From an uncultured Draconibacterium sp. (GTDB lineage: Bacteria; Bacteroidota; Bacteroidia; Bacteroidales; FEN-979), in NCBI GenBank assembly GCA_964628215.1, contig CAZVNF010000001.1, forward strand, positions 48,485-72,484: DNA of 24,000 nucleotides, written 5' to 3'. The position numbers and the translations under genes are program-made. Below are positions 22,095 through 24,000 of this stretch, one piece after another. Under the pieces are notes generated by a model. That model saw only the letters and a list, made by a program, of their open reading frames with translations. It ran no database searches and was not told where the DNA came from. The number at the start of each line of letters is the position of its first letter. Position 1 is the first letter of the stretch.

Positions 22095-23761
22095 ATGAAA
22101 AATAAAAAACCAATTTTCCGACTGCTGGTATTTATCTTCCCGGTATTAATTCAATTTTCCGCTTTCGCGCAAGGGGTAATAAAGGCAGAATCAGGCGCTC
22201 GCATCGTAAGTGAAGCAGGCAGTTACTGGGTGCTTGATAACGGTGGCTTTTCCCTTGGCAGCCCAACTGCAGCCACGCCGGTTACCATGGCCAATCTTAA
22301 AATCGAAGCTGATGCATCGCTTACCATCGGGCCGCTCAACTATCTTACGGTAACAGGCACTCTCTCTAACAATGCCGGGAATAGCGGCCTGGTTGTAAGT
22401 TCCGATGCCACCGGCGACGGTTCGCTTATAAACGGCACGGCATCTGTGCCGGCTACTGCAAACCGCTAATCACCGGAGCCTCTGCTGCATGGCATTTGCT
22501 CTCATCGCCGGTTGCAGCGCAATCTATCAGCGGTACTTTTACACCTGACCCATCCACATCGTACGACTTCTTTGCCTGGTACGAGCCAACCGGTGAATGG
22601 GTCAATTTTAAAAGCACTTCCGGCACTTCCTGGAATACGGCAAACGGGAGTGCCAATTTTTCAGCAGGGAAAGGTTATCTCATTGAATATCTGGCACTCA
22701 ATCCAACAAAACAATTTCAGGGAAACCTGAACGCCGGAACAGTTTCGCCCGCGATTACAAAAAGCGGCACAGGAGTTTATAAATCCTATAACCTGGCGGG
22801 GAACCCTTATCCTTCGGCCATCGACTGGAAAGCGACAAACGGATGGGACAGGAGCAAACTGGTTGAAAGTGGTGGCGGCTACCTTATGAGCATTTGGAAC
22901 GATGCCTTAAGCACCGGCAATTATGGTGAATTCAACAGTGCACAACTCAGCGGAAGCGGAACAAACGGGGTGTCGCAGTATATTCCGGCAGGCCAGGGAT
23001 TTATGGTAAAAGCGGCGTCAGTTGGCACACTGGGCATGACTGATGAAGTCAGGATACATGCAACTCAGGAATACCTTAAATCAACCGATGCAATCGCCAA
23101 TATTCTCCGCGTGAAGGTTGCCGGCAACGCAAATAACTGGTCCGATGAAATCATTGTTGAATTCGGACACCAAACTGCTGATGGGGGTGCTGAGAAGATG
23201 TTCAGCTTTTACGAAACTGCGCCCAGCTTATACACCGTCAAGCCTGATGGCAATTATTCCATTGATTTCCGCGGGGAAGCCGGAGCTGTTACCATCCCGA
23301 TGAGTTTTAAAGCAGGCGCCGATGGCAATTACACGCTCACTGCCAGCCAGCTGGTGTCGTTTACCTCATCCACGGCGATCACGCTCGAAGATAAAAAGCT
23401 GAATGCCACGCAAAACCTGGTTCAAAACCCGGTTTATACCTTTTCCTCTGCCAAAACTGATGAGGGTGCCCGTTTCCTGCTCCATTTTGGCGGCGCTTTC
23501 AGCATCAGTGAAAATGCAGGCCAGTTGCCGGTCACTGTTTATTCATCAGGCAATACAATCTGCATTGCCAGTAAATCGGGAAGTGTGATAAAAGGAGGGG
23601 TAACGGTTTACAACATGATCGGCCAGCCGGTGATGCAGCAGCCACTCGGTGAAAATCCGCTGACAAGGATCAGCCTCAGCGGGGCAACAGGGTATTACCT
23701 CGTAAAGGTGGTAACCGGCGACCAGGTTTATTCGGTCAAGGTTTTTATTAACAAGTATTAA
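22095..23761 (+). pseudogene. T9SS-secreted protein (type-A sorting domain) disrupted by a single frameshift near 22466-22469
   Basis: Frame 0 from ATG 22095 (MKNKKPIFRLLVFIFPVLIQFSAFAQG, a signal peptide) ends ...GTASVPATANR* at 22467-69. In the frame that continues into ORF 22496..23761, the sequence reads straight through as ...LITGASAAWHLLSSPVAAQSIS..., so a 1-nt indel joins the two ORFs into one protein of about 555 aa. The C-terminus VTVYNMIGQPVMQQ...GYYLVKVVTGDQVYSVKVFINKY is a Por_Secre_tail domain. Confidence 0.6.
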
Positions 23762-23772
23762 AACGACAAACA

Positions 23773-24000
23773 ATGAAAAAGGTACGCAAACCCCTCATGT
23801 TTTCCCTGCTGATGCTCTGTTTCATGCTGGCTGCCCAAACAGGCATGGCTCAGGCTCCTCCGCCTCCTCCGTTAGAAAAGGGAACGAATACCAACAAAGC
23901 CCCGGGAGGCAATGCCCCCGTTGAAGGCGGGTTGTTCATTTCACTGGCCCTGGCTGCCGGTTTTGGCGCGTGGAAATGGCTGAAAAGGAAAGACGGATGA
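23773..24000 (+). CDS. Small exported protein (75 aa): signal peptide, poly-Pro/low-complexity linker, C-terminal Gly-motif + TM helix + basic tail (sorting-signal-like)
   Basis: MKKVRKPLMFSLLMLCFMLAAQTGMAQA | PPPPPLEKGTNTNKAPGGNAPVEGG | LFISLALAAGFGAWKWL | KRKDG, with the stop at 23998-24000. It starts 11 nt after the T9SS gene. Confidence 0.55.
   Translation: MKKVRKPLMFSLLMLCFMLAAQTGMAQAPPPPPLEKGTNTNKAPGGNAPVEGGLFISLALAAGFGAWKWLKRKDG

Noticed and set aside
22460-22472. Programmed ribosomal frameshift in the T9SS cargo gene
   Set aside because: No slippery heptamer, no stimulatory SD-like element and no downstream structure are evident. An indel, whether a real mutation or a sequencing error, is more parsimonious.

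Overview
This 24 kb window is almost certainly from an anaerobic Bacteroidota genome or MAG. Two proteins end in T9SS type-A C-terminal sorting domains, TAnnTTTG -7 promoter boxes sit upstream of several first genes, and SPII lipoproteins are common. I saw no rRNA, tRNA, CRISPR array or intact mobile element. Gene order: (1) a partial PAS-like sensor and a FIST-domain gene (-). (2) A large T9SS-secreted beta-propeller-like protein (+). (3) A four-gene acyl-CoA cluster (+): crotonase, long 3-hydroxyacyl-CoA dehydrogenase, SCP-x-type thiolase, NMO/FabK-like flavin reductase. (4) A convergent arsC-hgcA-hgcB operon (-), meaning the mercury-methylation pair is translationally coupled to a thioredoxin-type arsenate reductase. 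(5) A decay zone holding a 5'-truncated TolC-like remnant, unassignable AT-rich DNA and an internally deleted DUF4143-type ATPase remnant. (6) A markedly AT-richer block with a membrane-anchored TPR-LuxR regulator and a tight seven-gene envelope operon: pseudo-receiver, two outer-membrane barrels of a hydrophobic-compound type, a CruF-like membrane protein, a linalool dehydratase/isomerase-like exported protein, a possibly CrtC/AttH-like lipoprotein, and a Gly/Trp/Tyr-repeat lipoprotein. This operon is my top candidate for an undescribed system, a putative envelope isoprenoid hydration/uptake locus. (7) A frameshifted T9SS cargo gene and a small protein with a sorting-signal-like C-terminus. 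All family assignments come from motif recognition by eye and from memory; no searches were run.
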